NCBI GenBank assembly: GCA_002841455.1
Contig: PGZT01000001.1
Span: 81,919 to 137,921, forward strand
DNA: 56,003 bases
Source of the DNA: Firmicutes bacterium HGW-Firmicutes-21
Lineage (GTDB): Bacteria > Bacillota > Clostridia > Oscillospirales > CAG-382
Reading direction: 5' to 3'
Below the pieces are notes generated by a model. It was given only the letters and a program-made list of their open reading frames with translations. It was not told where the DNA came from and ran no database searches. The translations under genes and the position numbers were made by a program. How positions within the stretch are numbered: the first letter of the stretch is position 1; every line of letters begins with the position of its first letter. Below are positions 9,096-18,131 of this stretch, piece after piece.

Positions 9096-10592
9096 GTGGT
9101 AACAATAGATATAATAAACCGACTTATTGAGAGCGGCGGTATCAGAACCGAATTCTCCTGCGAGGCTGCAGAGCAGGCAAGGATAGCTGCGAATATGCGG
9201 ATAACCGCACACAGCCGTTCAAGGCTTGACCTTAGAGGTAAGACCGTGTTTACCTTTAACAGTATGCCCATAGAAAGCACGGCTTTTAGCGGCTCTTCAA
9301 TCCAAAAAACAGATTGCGCCTACTCGCTTGACAGAAAAAGAGGCATGTTCAGGCTCGGATTGCATATCGCCGATACAAGCGAGTATGTAAGCGAGAGCTC
9401 TCCCCTTGATATTGAGGCAAAGACACGGGGTGTGAGCATAAACATTCCGGGCAGAAGCATACCTATGCTGCACGAGGGCTTGAGTAAAGGAGCCTGCTTT
9501 TTTAAGGAAGGCGAGGATAAGCTTGCCGTTTCTATATTTTTAGATATTGATGAAAAAGGAAGCTTATTAGACATAAGCTTTGAGGAGAGCGTTATAAGAA
9601 CGGCACGAAACTGCATTTTCAGCGAGATTGACACTCTTTACACAAGCACCGATTCATCCTCCGTACTGCCGCTTCGGGAGAAGTATGCCGTACTGCTCCC
9701 CAATATGAACGATATGTACGAGCTTGGCGGAATTCTCTATTCATCAAGAATGGCAAGCGAAAACACAGAGTATATCGAGCTGAAACGGCATTATTCCTTT
9801 GATACAAGCGGAGAAATTACATCCTGTGAGCTTAAGACCGATTACGACTCTAAGCTCTTGGTGCGTGAATTTTTAATTTTTACGGGCAGGGTTCTTGCAA
9901 AATATATGCAGAGGAACTCGGTGCCTTGTATCTACGCAAATCAACCCGTATTAAGCAAAGAGCATTTGTCTATAATGGCAGATATATTAAATTTAAGCGT
10001 CACAGACGAAATATCTGATGTTGAGAAACAAAAATTGATATTCGACACAGCAAAACTTACTCCCGGAACCGATATTATAAACATTCTTGCGTCTCGGGAA
10101 TTGCCGACGATGGATTATTCGGTTCTGCCGCAGCCGCATTCGCTTTTTATGGAGCCTTTAGTCAGGTTTTCAAGCCCAACGAGCAGATATTCAGACCTTG
10201 CGGTACAAAGAGTTATAAAAGAGTTTATGAAAGCAAGAGGAAACACGAACGCCCTTAATCTTACAAGGCTGAAAAAGAATGTTTCCGAAGCGGCGCAGAT
10301 AACAAGAGATGCGGAAGCAAAAGCGGCAAAATTACATTGCGAGGTATCGGATTTATTATCGTTGCGGATAATGCAGAAAAGACCGACAGACGGCTATCCG
10401 GCATATATAACCTCGCTTAACAACGGTGAAATGAGCATATTGCTCGAAAACGGAATAAAGGGCAGGATATATCCCAAGAGTGAATGCAAAAAAGAGCTAT
10501 ACTCGGTCGGTGAAAGAATAGAGGTGGAGCCGTTTGACCTCTCGGGAGGTACCGAGAACGCCCTGTTCTCGATAAAAGCAATAAAGGGTTGA
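9096..10592 (+). CDS. RNB-domain (RNase II/R family) protein with a degenerate active site and no N-terminal cold-shock domains
   Basis: RLDLR, LHIADTSEYV...SPLDIEAKTRG, SKLLVREFLI, FSSPTSRYSDLAVQR, and an S1-like C-terminus. Confidence 0.8.
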   Translation: MVTIDIINRLIESGGIRTEFSCEAAEQARIAANMRITAHSRSRLDLRGKTVFTFNSMPIESTAFSGSSIQKTDCAYSLDRKRGMFRLGLHIADTSEYVSESSPLDIEAKTRGVSINIPGRSIPMLHEGLSKGACFFKEGEDKLAVSIFLDIDEKGSLLDISFEESVIRTARNCIFSEIDTLYTSTDSSSVLPLREKYAVLLPNMNDMYELGGILYSSRMASENTEYIELKRHYSFDTSGEITSCELKTDYDSKLLVREFLIFTGRVLAKYMQRNSVPCIYANQPVLSKEHLSIMADILNLSVTDEISDVEKQKLIFDTAKLTPGTDIINILASRELPTMDYSVLPQPHSLFMEPLVRFSSPTSRYSDLAVQRVIKEFMKARGNTNALNLTRLKKNVSEAAQITRDAEAKAAKLHCEVSDLLSLRIMQKRPTDGYPAYITSLNNGEMSILLENGIKGRIYPKSECKKELYSVGERIEVEPFDLSGGTENALFSIKAIKG

Positions 10593-10595
10593 TAA

Positions 10596-10611
10596 TGTTT
10601 CACATGAAACA
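10596..10611. other. parS centromere-like site 1
   Basis: TGTTTCACATGAAACA is one mismatch from the consensus TGTTTCACGTGAAACA. Confidence 0.85.
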
Positions 10612-10633
10612 TTATACTCGGATTTATCTAAAA

Positions 10634-10649
10634 TGTTTCACATGAAACA
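10634..10649. other. parS centromere-like site 2
   Basis: Identical copy TGTTTCACATGAAACA, starting 38 bp after the first. Confidence 0.85.
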
Positions 10650-10675
10650 TAAGTCGCAAAATAAAGGTGGTCAAA

Positions 10676-12097
10676 TTGAAAAAAACAAGAACAACAGTTC
10701 TGTTGGCGTGCCTGGTTTTTATAAGCTTGGTGTTTACCGCTTGTGAAAACGTTTTCATGCCCCAGGAAAGCAATACAATCTCGGTAGAAAACAAGGAACG
10801 GGAACAGGTTGAGCATTTACCGGAAAAGCAGGAGTACAGCGGAACCGATTTTGTAGTTGCGGTAATTGATGAAAAAAAAGCTCTGTTTTCCACTGATGAG
10901 GTCGGCGAGAGTATTATAAAATCGGCTGTAGAACAGAGAAACAAGCTTGTAACAGATAAATACGGGATAGTACTTGAAATAAAGTATGTAAGAGCAAATG
11001 ATGTTTTAACAAAAATGAAGGCTGCGCAAGCGGCGGGGACACAATATGCCGATCTGCTGTGCTTCCCCGGGGATACCCTTGTTTCCCTTGCCGATAACAA
11101 CCTGTTGTTTAACCTTATCTCCTCGGAGGATTTCAAAATTACAGCAAAATACATTGATACGAATAACGCAAAGAGCGTTGCGGTAAACAATTCCTTATAT
11201 ATGCTTTATGAGAGCGCAACCCAATATTACGATGATGCATGGGTGGTTTTTTACGATAAGGGCTTGATTTCGGAAGCGAATCTGACCGATCCTGCGGCGC
11301 TTGTTGCAAACGGACAGTGGACATGGGGCAAATTCGCCGAATATGCGGAGACTGTTTCGTATAAGGTGATGAACAAGGGCTCGCCTGATTTAAAAACCGA
11401 CATTTTCGGGTACTCGTCCTATAACAACGATACAGAGCTGCCGCTTATTATGTGGGAGAGCTGCGGAACACCTATGTTCGGCAACACATATTTAAAGAAG
11501 GTATCTCTGGATGTCAGCCTCACTAAATTAAACGATTCGGTAGCTTTTTTCAAGGAGATATATACAAGCAAGAGCCGTTATCCTCTCGATAAAAGCAACG
11601 CTTTAGATGCGTTTAGCGACGGAAGGCTTGCGTTTTTGATGTATAAGCTCGAATATGCAGCGGCACTTGAGAGTTCCGACAGGGAGTGGGGGCTGCTGCC
11701 GTTACCGAAGTATAACGAGGAACAGAAGAGCTACTATTCCTTTGTGGATGCAAAGGCATATGCCCTTGCTATACCGTCCAATGTATCTGATCCTCAAAAG
11801 AGTGTCATTCTATTAAACGCATTCTGCGCCGCTTCCGGAGAAGCTGTTAAGGAAGCGGTAAAAACAAAGTATGTTAATCTGTTCTTCCAAAACAACACCT
11901 CTACGGTTATGCTTGGCACTATAATAGACACTGTATACCTTGATATGGCGGCATTATACGGCAGTAAAATGGAAAAGGTGTCGCAAATATCAATTGATAT
12001 TGTGGTTAATGCGATAACGAAGAACGCACCTATCAATAAAACAATAACCGATCTTACCCCCGGCTTTGATAAATTCTCGGAAGAAAAGTTCACTTAG
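10676..12097 (+). CDS. Extracellular solute-binding lipoprotein (carbohydrate SBP family 1-like)
   Basis: Lipobox VFTAC; VFYDKGL, GQWTW..F, F..GRLAF and WGLLPLPKY are typical of clostridial sugar SBPs. Start is TTG 10676 (or GTG 10667). Confidence 0.8.
   Translation: MKKTRTTVLLACLVFISLVFTACENVFMPQESNTISVENKEREQVEHLPEKQEYSGTDFVVAVIDEKKALFSTDEVGESIIKSAVEQRNKLVTDKYGIVLEIKYVRANDVLTKMKAAQAAGTQYADLLCFPGDTLVSLADNNLLFNLISSEDFKITAKYIDTNNAKSVAVNNSLYMLYESATQYYDDAWVVFYDKGLISEANLTDPAALVANGQWTWGKFAEYAETVSYKVMNKGSPDLKTDIFGYSSYNNDTELPLIMWESCGTPMFGNTYLKKVSLDVSLTKLNDSVAFFKEIYTSKSRYPLDKSNALDAFSDGRLAFLMYKLEYAAALESSDREWGLLPLPKYNEEQKSYYSFVDAKAYALAIPSNVSDPQKSVILLNAFCAASGEAVKEAVKTKYVNLFFQNNTSTVMLGTIIDTVYLDMAALYGSKMEKVSQISIDIVVNAITKNAPINKTITDLTPGFDKFSEEKFT
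10744..10757. promoter_or_regulatory. cre-like (CcpA/LacI family) operator inside the SBP gene
   Basis: Perfect palindrome TGAAAACGTTTTCA matches the cre consensus TGWAARCGYTWNCA. Confidence 0.4.
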
Positions 12098-12128
12098 TAA
12101 ATAGTGGGTTAAAAAGCAAAGAAAAAGC

Positions 12129-12157
12129 TTGCTTTTGGCTCGGGTTTGTGCTACAAT
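12129..12157 (+). promoter_or_regulatory. sigma-A promoter of pgk-tpiA
   Basis: TTGCTT-N17-TACAAT with an extended TG. Confidence 0.6.
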
Positions 12158-12205
12158 TGATTGGTTTAATATGGAATACAAATATATTACTGAGGTGAAA
12201 AATTA

Positions 12206-13390
12206 ATGCACGACAAAAAAACTATCGAGGACATTAATGTATCGGGGAAGAAGGTTCTTGTCAGATGCGATTTCAATGTTCCGTTAGAGGACGGAAGAAT
12301 TACCGATGACAACAGAATAGTCGGAGCGCTTCCTACAATCAAATATCTATTGGGGCAGAAGGCAAAAATAATACTTTGCTCTCATATGGGCAGGCCGAAG
12401 GGCGAGTTTAATATGAAGTATACGCTTGCTCCTGTCGCAAAAAGACTGTCCGAGCTGTTAAATACCACTGTTACACTTGCCGCTGATGTTATCGGTGATG
12501 ACGCAGTCGCAAAGGCTACGGCATTAAAGGAGGGCGAAATACTCCTGCTTGAGAATGTTAGATTCCATAAGGAAGAAGAAAAGAACGATGCGGAATTCTC
12601 GAAAAAGCTGGCGTCGCTTGCAGAGATATATGTAAACGATGCATTCGGAACAGCACACAGAGCGCACGCATCCACAGCCGGAGTTGCCGATTATATGCCC
12701 GCAGTGTGCGGTTACCTGATTCAAAAGGAAATAGATATAATGGGCAAAGCGTTGTCGGAACCTAAGCGTCCTTTTGTTGCAATATTGGGCGGCGCAAAGG
12801 TGTCGGACAAAATCGGCGTAATAAACAACCTGATTGAAAAGGTGGACTCGCTTATAATAGGCGGCGCAATGGCATACACCTTCGATAAGGCACTGGGCGG
12901 CAAGATAGGAAAGTCGCTCTGCGAGATAGACAAGCTCGACATGGCAAAGGAATTATTGGAAAAGGCTGAAAATAAGGGCGTTAAGTTCCTTCTGCCGGTT
13001 GATACGATATGTGCAAAGGAGTTCGCTAACGATACCGAGCAGGCTGTTTTCCCGACACAGCAGATACCCGAGGAGTGGATGGGACTGGATATAGGACCCG
13101 AAACCATAAAATTGTTCTCAGAGGAGCTTAAAAACGCAGGAACCGTGGTATGGAACGGACCGATGGGCGTGTTTGAGTTCGATAATTTTGCCAAGGGTAC
13201 AAAAGCTGTTGCCGAAGCGGTTGCGGCAAGCGGTGCAATATCCATAATAGGCGGAGGCGACAGCGCCGCAGCGGTAGAGAAGTTCGGGCTTGCCGACAAA
13301 ATAACACATATTTCGACAGGCGGCGGAGCATCGCTCGAGTTCCTTGAGGGGCTTGTGCTCCCCGGTATAGCCTGCTTAAACGATAAATAA
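12206..13390 (+). CDS. pgk: Phosphoglycerate kinase
   Basis: [48 protein letters not shown]. Confidence 0.99.
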   Translation: MHDKKTIEDINVSGKKVLVRCDFNVPLEDGRITDDNRIVGALPTIKYLLGQKAKIILCSHMGRPKGEFNMKYTLAPVAKRLSELLNTTVTLAADVIGDDAVAKATALKEGEILLLENVRFHKEEEKNDAEFSKKLASLAEIYVNDAFGTAHRAHASTAGVADYMPAVCGYLIQKEIDIMGKALSEPKRPFVAILGGAKVSDKIGVINNLIEKVDSLIIGGAMAYTFDKALGGKIGKSLCEIDKLDMAKELLEKAENKGVKFLLPVDTICAKEFANDTEQAVFPTQQIPEEWMGLDIGPETIKLFSEELKNAGTVVWNGPMGVFEFDNFAKGTKAVAEAVAASGAISIIGGGDSAAAVEKFGLADKITHISTGGGASLEFLEGLVLPGIACLNDK

Positions 13391-13418
13391 CTCAAAACAA
13401 AGGAAAGGTCATAATTAA

Positions 13419-14192
13419 ATGAATAAATCGACAAGAAGAACCGTAATAGCGGGAAACTGGAAGATGAACAAGACACCCGCAGAGGCAAAGCAGCTGATAG
13501 AGGAGATAAAAGCATCCATTTCAGGCATGAATACCGACGGATGTGAGATAGTTGCGTGTGTTCCGTATATTGATATTGATATAGCGGTTAAAACCGCAGC
13601 CGGAAGCGCCGTAAAAATAGGAGCGGAGAACTGCCACTGGGCAAAAAACGGTGCGTTTACAGGCGAAATCAGCGCAGATATGTTAGTAGCCTGCGGTGTT
13701 GAATATGTTATTATCGGACACAGCGAGAGAAGACAGTATTTCGGCGAGACCGATATTACTGTCAACCAAAGAGTAAAAGCGGCTCTTGAAGCAGGGCTTA
13801 AGGTTATACTCTGCGTCGGAGAATTGCTCGAGCAAAGAGAACAGGGAATCACCGACGAAACGGTGTCCTTACAGACCAAAATCGCTCTCTTGGGTATCAC
13901 CGAGGAGCAAATGGCGGATATTATAATCGCTTACGAGCCTGTTTGGGCTATCGGAACCGGAAAAACCGCAACCAGCGAGCAGGCTGACGAGGTTTGCGGT
14001 GTTATCAGGAAGGTAATCGCCTCCCTTTATTCGGACAAGTGTGCAGAGGCAACGACAATCCAGTACGGCGGCTCCATGAACGCAAAGAACGCAAAAGAGC
14101 TGTTGGGAATGGTTAATGTAGACGGCGGACTTATAGGCGGCGCATCTCTAAAAGCAGAGGACTTTTTCTCAATTATAAGCGCAGCGCAATAA
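13419..14192 (+). CDS. tpiA: Triosephosphate isomerase
   Basis: AGNWKMN, GHSERR, AYEPVWAIGTG, YGGS, GGASL. Confidence 0.99.
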   Translation: MNKSTRRTVIAGNWKMNKTPAEAKQLIEEIKASISGMNTDGCEIVACVPYIDIDIAVKTAAGSAVKIGAENCHWAKNGAFTGEISADMLVACGVEYVIIGHSERRQYFGETDITVNQRVKAALEAGLKVILCVGELLEQREQGITDETVSLQTKIALLGITEEQMADIIIAYEPVWAIGTGKTATSEQADEVCGVIRKVIASLYSDKCAEATTIQYGGSMNAKNAKELLGMVNVDGGLIGGASLKAEDFFSIISAAQ

Positions 14193-14227
14193 TTGTTTTA
14201 TCAGGTATTTTGAGCTAATAAGACCTT

Positions 14228-14264
14228 GGGACGAGCATAACCTGCTCGTCCCTGTGTTTTTTTT
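14228..14264 (+). terminator. Intrinsic terminator after tpiA
   Basis: GGGACGAGCA-TAACC-TGCTCGTCCC followed by a T-rich tract. Confidence 0.8.
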
Positions 14265-14295
14265 ATATAAAATGTATTATATAGCGCAAACGCTC

Positions 14296-14520
14296 CTACA
14301 CTCTCCAACGCCTGCCGCAGTTTTGGCAGATCGCCTCTGTGTGCGTTTTCGATTTTGTTTTACTGTTTGTCAATAAGGGTATGATTAAAATCAAACCCAG
14401 GGTCAGGCAGGCGAGTATAATCCAAAAAAACCAGCCCAAGCAACCCCTGTGCGTGGTTTTTACTTTTGTAACCGCTTGCACAAAAATCCTGTCGCTACCG
14501 CATTTGGGACAAATCATCAC
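14296..14520 (-). CDS. Small zinc-ribbon membrane protein (two CxxC flanking a hydrophobic segment; LITAF-like topology)
   Basis: CPKCGS ... WFFWIILACLTLGLILIIPLL ... CQNCG; AGGAG RBS. Confidence 0.8.
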   Translation of the reverse strand: MMICPKCGSDRIFVQAVTKVKTTHRGCLGWFFWIILACLTLGLILIIPLLTNSKTKSKTHTEAICQNCGRRWRV

Positions 14521-14544
14521 AATGCTCCTCTCTTTTATATCATT

Positions 14545-15483
14545 TTATTCCGGCAGAATCAAATTGACCTCATTCGGGAGTATTGATATAGTCGGGTTAG
14601 TCATGGGGACTATCTCTCCGTCAAGGTTGATGTCGATTTTTTTGTCAGATATGATTTTCAGCTCCCTGCAATGCAGATGGGTGCAGTATTTCTTCATTTT
14701 ATCGAGATGCTCTCCCCTCTTGAACGAGCCGACCAAAGAGGCAAAAACAAAGCGGGAAACCGGTTTTATCCGTATAAAATCCATAAGACCGTCCCTTATG
14801 TCGCTAATCGGGGACGCCTTAAAGCCGCCGCCGTAATAACTGCCGTTTGCGCATATGGCGAATAGATACTCGTTGTTCCTGTCCGTTACCTCAACTCCGT
14901 CACAAATCAGAGTAAATTTATAACGCATTTTCGATAAAAGACACTGTAAAATAGATAAATTATACGCCGCACTTCCGTTCACGAGCGGCAGGCGTTTAAA
15001 CCTACTCATCCCCTTGCCGACAGCGGCGTCAAAGCCTGCCGAGACAATATTTATGCTTACCCGTTCGCTATTATCTGTATTATCCTTAACCGATATTATG
15101 TCGCAGCTCTCTATTCGCCCTTTAACCATTTCGGTTAAGGAACGGAACTTCTCGATGGATATTTTGACAAAATACTTGACAAAATCGTTTCCCGAGCCGA
15201 TGGGAACGACTCCAACGGCACAGTTCCTGTTCTTGGAACGGTAAACACCGTCGATAACCTCACATAGCGTGCCGTCCCCTCCGCAGGAATATATGCGCAG
15301 AAAACAATCATCTTTAATTTTGTTCAGCCTGTCCATAACGATATGCGTTGCGTTACCGACACTTGTCGTAACGGCAACCTCGTATGGGTCGACAAGCAGC
15401 AGCCTGTCAATGGCCTTTTTTATAATACCGGAGCGGTCCTTTTTCCCCGCCACCGGATTAATTATAAATAAATGCTCCTGCAT
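14545..15483 (-). CDS. Diacylglycerol/lipid kinase family protein (YegS/BmrU-like)
   Basis: IINPVAG, GGDGT, PIGSGNDF, ANGSYYGGG, NLDGE. Confidence 0.92.
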   Translation of the reverse strand: MQEHLFIINPVAGKKDRSGIIKKAIDRLLLVDPYEVAVTTSVGNATHIVMDRLNKIKDDCFLRIYSCGGDGTLCEVIDGVYRSKNRNCAVGVVPIGSGNDFVKYFVKISIEKFRSLTEMVKGRIESCDIISVKDNTDNSERVSINIVSAGFDAAVGKGMSRFKRLPLVNGSAAYNLSILQCLLSKMRYKFTLICDGVEVTDRNNEYLFAICANGSYYGGGFKASPISDIRDGLMDFIRIKPVSRFVFASLVGSFKRGEHLDKMKKYCTHLHCRELKIISDKKIDINLDGEIVPMTNPTISILPNEVNLILPE

Positions 15484-15494
15484 ATTTGTCTCCT

Positions 15495-16682
15495 TTATAT
15501 AGAGTGTCTGTTTAATATAAACGGAGTCTTTTCCATTATATTAGTATTTTTACCGCCGGAACCTGCCTCGGAAAGAGCAAGCACGCTGTCAACGGTCGCT
15601 TCACGGAAAAAGTCGGCTTGCAGCTCGGCGGACTGCTTTTTTATATGTGACGGCTTGGTTATTACCGGAAGCCCGAACAGCTTTTTTCGGTTTTTCAGGA
15701 AGGCGCAGCCCTCTTCGTCCGCAGCCAATAAAAGCGAGTACAGGGGTATACATAATGCGTCTGAATGCGATACGCCAAAAACCATAGACAAAACGCTTCT
15801 GCGGACTCTTGCGGCTGTATACAAGCTGTTCTGACACACATCAACCAAGTGAGAAAAGGAAGATACCTTCTTAGAAGTAGACATAATACTATTGCGTAAA
15901 TCCACAGGAGTACCGTAAATATCGCATCGAGAGCCGTCGTCATCCATACTGTATCTACGGAGAGCGGCGATTATATACTGCGACAGGTTCTCGGTGCTCC
16001 TGGGCAGCTCGTCCTCACTCAACCCGCCGTAAACAGCGGCACTGTTCAGGGGCAGCATGGACAGGTACACGGCTCTGTCCTTCTCCCTGCGTATTACGGA
16101 GGAGGAATTAAGGGACATATCCCGTTTAACGGGGTGTGGTTTTATCGAAAAGCCGCCGTTTTTTATTGCGGACAGGTATTCTACTGTTAAAATATTATTC
16201 GGTTTTCTGATTATCTCCGCCGAAGACGCTCCCAGAATTTCCTCTATCAGCTTCTCCTTAGCTCTTGGGTAGGATAGCGTTTTCTCTTTTTTAATCAGCT
16301 CGTTGAGTCTTTGCTCAAAGGAAATATCGTTAATAACCTCGGTTATGCGTTTGAGCACCGAAAAATCGTCCTCACAGCCGAACCCGAGAGCATCAACGCC
16401 TAAATTTGCGGCAATATAGACCCCCGCAAAGGTAAAATCACGTGCAGACATCATGCAAAATGGAAAAGGCAGAGACACAACCAGGCTCGCTCCGCACATC
16501 AACGCTGCTTTGGCACGGTGATACTTGTCCGCAACCGCAACCTCGCCCCGCTGGACAAGGTTTCCGCTCATTATGCAGATAATACCGTCATATTCCTTTT
16601 TCAACAGCTCTATCTGCAATAGATGCCCGTGGTGGAACGGATTGTATTCGCAAATAATGGCGGCATATCGTTTTTTTAACAT
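15495..16682 (-). CDS. tmcAL: tRNA(Met) cytidine acetate ligase (HIGH nucleotidyltransferase)
   Basis: IICEYNPFHHGH, MSGNLVQRGE, LGFGCE, PNNIL..EY, SSSVIR, YTAARVRR. Confidence 0.85.
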   Translation of the reverse strand: MLKKRYAAIICEYNPFHHGHLLQIELLKKEYDGIICIMSGNLVQRGEVAVADKYHRAKAALMCGASLVVSLPFPFCMMSARDFTFAGVYIAANLGVDALGFGCEDDFSVLKRITEVINDISFEQRLNELIKKEKTLSYPRAKEKLIEEILGASSAEIIRKPNNILTVEYLSAIKNGGFSIKPHPVKRDMSLNSSSVIRREKDRAVYLSMLPLNSAAVYGGLSEDELPRSTENLSQYIIAALRRYSMDDDGSRCDIYGTPVDLRNSIMSTSKKVSSFSHLVDVCQNSLYTAARVRRSVLSMVFGVSHSDALCIPLYSLLLAADEEGCAFLKNRKKLFGLPVITKPSHIKKQSAELQADFFREATVDSVLALSEAGSGGKNTNIMEKTPFILNRHSI

Positions 16683-16749
16683 TTTAAGCGCTACCTTTTC
16701 TTTACATACAAAGTTAATTCGGTGTTACAGAAAACAAATAAAATTTTCC

Positions 16750-16799
16750 TTGATTTTTATATATATGAGTAGTATAATGAAATTTGGTAAAAAAGTCAA
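16750..16799. promoter_or_regulatory. Overlapping back-to-back sigma-A promoters for ackA (+) and tmcAL (-)
   Basis: Plus strand: TTGATT(16750)-N17-TATAAT(16773-16778). Minus strand: TTGACT(16799-16794)-N17-TATACT(16776-16771). Confidence 0.65.
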
Positions 16800-16822
16800 C
16801 AACTGCAAAAAGGAGATAGAAA

Positions 16823-18016
16823 ATGTTTGTTTTGGTTGTAAACGCAGGGAGCTCGTCGCTTAAATATCAGCTTTTTGATATGGATACCAAAGAGGTGATG
16901 GCAAAAGGACTCTGCGAAAGGATTGGTATTGACGGAAAGCTCAAGCATCAAACCTCGGGCAATCCGATGATTATAAAGGATATTCCGATGCCGACACACG
17001 CACAAGCGGTTTCGGCTTTAGTAGAGAGCCTTACCGATAAGGAGATCGGATGTATTTCCGACATGAGCGAGATTTCGGCTGTCGGGCACAGAGTCGTTCA
17101 CGGAGGCCCTTGGCTGACAAAGAGTGTACTTGTAAACGAGAGCGTTATCGCAGACCTTGAGAAATGCTGTGATATTGCGCCTTTGCATACGGTTCCGCAC
17201 CTTCTGGGTATAAGAGGCTGCATTCAGATAATGCCTAAAACCCCGCAGGTGCTTGTTATTGACACCGCTTTTCATCAGACAATGCCGGAATACGCATATA
17301 TGTATCCCATTCCTTACGAGATTTACGAAAAGCACAAGATTCGCCGTTACGGCTTCCACGGAACCTCGCATCGTTATGTTTCCGAAAAAGCGACCGAGCT
17401 TTTGGGAAAAGCACCGGAGGACACCAAAATAGTCACCTGCCACCTCGGTAACGGCTCCTCTGTAGCCGCCATTAACGGAGGCAAGGTTGTGGATACCAGC
17501 ATGGGCTTTACGCCTCTTGAGGGGCTTATTATGGGCTCTCGCTGCGGTGCCGTGGACCCTGCGATAATTCCTTTTCTTATGGAAAAGGAGGGTATTTCCG
17601 TCTCGGAGATAATTGTTTGGCTTAACAGAAAATGCGGCTTCCTCGGGGTCTCGGAGGTTTCGAGCGATTTGAGAGAGGTTATGGATGCTATTGATAAAGG
17701 CAACAAAAAAGCAAAGCTTGCATATGATATACTTTGCTATCAGATAAAAAAATATGTAGGAGCATATGCGGCGGCGATGAACGGCTTGGATTGCGTGGTG
17801 TTTACCGCCGGAATAGGCGAAAACAACCATTTTATACGCTATGACAGCCTCAGTAATATGGACTATCTCGGCATAAAGATTGATAAGGATAAAAACGAAC
17901 ATAAAAACGCCTGCGAAATAAGCACGGATAATTCGGCTGTAAAGGTTTTCGTTATCCCGACAAACGAGGAGCTTGTTATCGCAACCGACACGGAGGAAAT
18001 CGTAAGCAAGCTGTAA
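16823..18016 (+). CDS. ackA: Acetate kinase
   Basis: NAGSSSLK, GHRVVHGG, DTAFHQT, RRYGFHGTSH, CHLGNGSS, TSMGFTPLEG, FTAGIGEN, IPTNEE. Confidence 0.99.
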   Translation: MFVLVVNAGSSSLKYQLFDMDTKEVMAKGLCERIGIDGKLKHQTSGNPMIIKDIPMPTHAQAVSALVESLTDKEIGCISDMSEISAVGHRVVHGGPWLTKSVLVNESVIADLEKCCDIAPLHTVPHLLGIRGCIQIMPKTPQVLVIDTAFHQTMPEYAYMYPIPYEIYEKHKIRRYGFHGTSHRYVSEKATELLGKAPEDTKIVTCHLGNGSSVAAINGGKVVDTSMGFTPLEGLIMGSRCGAVDPAIIPFLMEKEGISVSEIIVWLNRKCGFLGVSEVSSDLREVMDAIDKGNKKAKLAYDILCYQIKKYVGAYAAAMNGLDCVVFTAGIGENNHFIRYDSLSNMDYLGIKIDKDKNEHKNACEISTDNSAVKVFVIPTNEELVIATDTEEIVSKL

Positions 18017-18047
18017 AAAGATACACATATATACGGGAAGAATGAAT

Positions 18048-18080
18048 AAGTCCGAAGTAGTTCAAACCTACTTCGGACTT
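18048..18080. terminator. Terminator between convergent ackA and GSIII
   Basis: 13-bp perfect stem AAGTCCGAAGTAG/CTACTTCGGACTT. Confidence 0.85.
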
Positions 18081-18131
18081 TAACTTTATCGTTTTAGGTA
18101 TTTTCCCTAATATTTACACGGCGTTGCTTTT

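Noticed and set aside
10596-10649. Mini CRISPR array or mobile-element ends
   Set aside because: Only two 16-bp palindromic units, matching parS; no cas or transposase genes nearby.
12721-13515. 264 aa antisense ORF over pgk/tpiA
   Set aside because: Ser/Ala/Pro-rich composition typical of an antisense shadow; no domain signal.
17018-18028. 336 aa antisense ORF over ackA
   Set aside because: Shadow frame of a highly conserved gene with no recognisable motifs.
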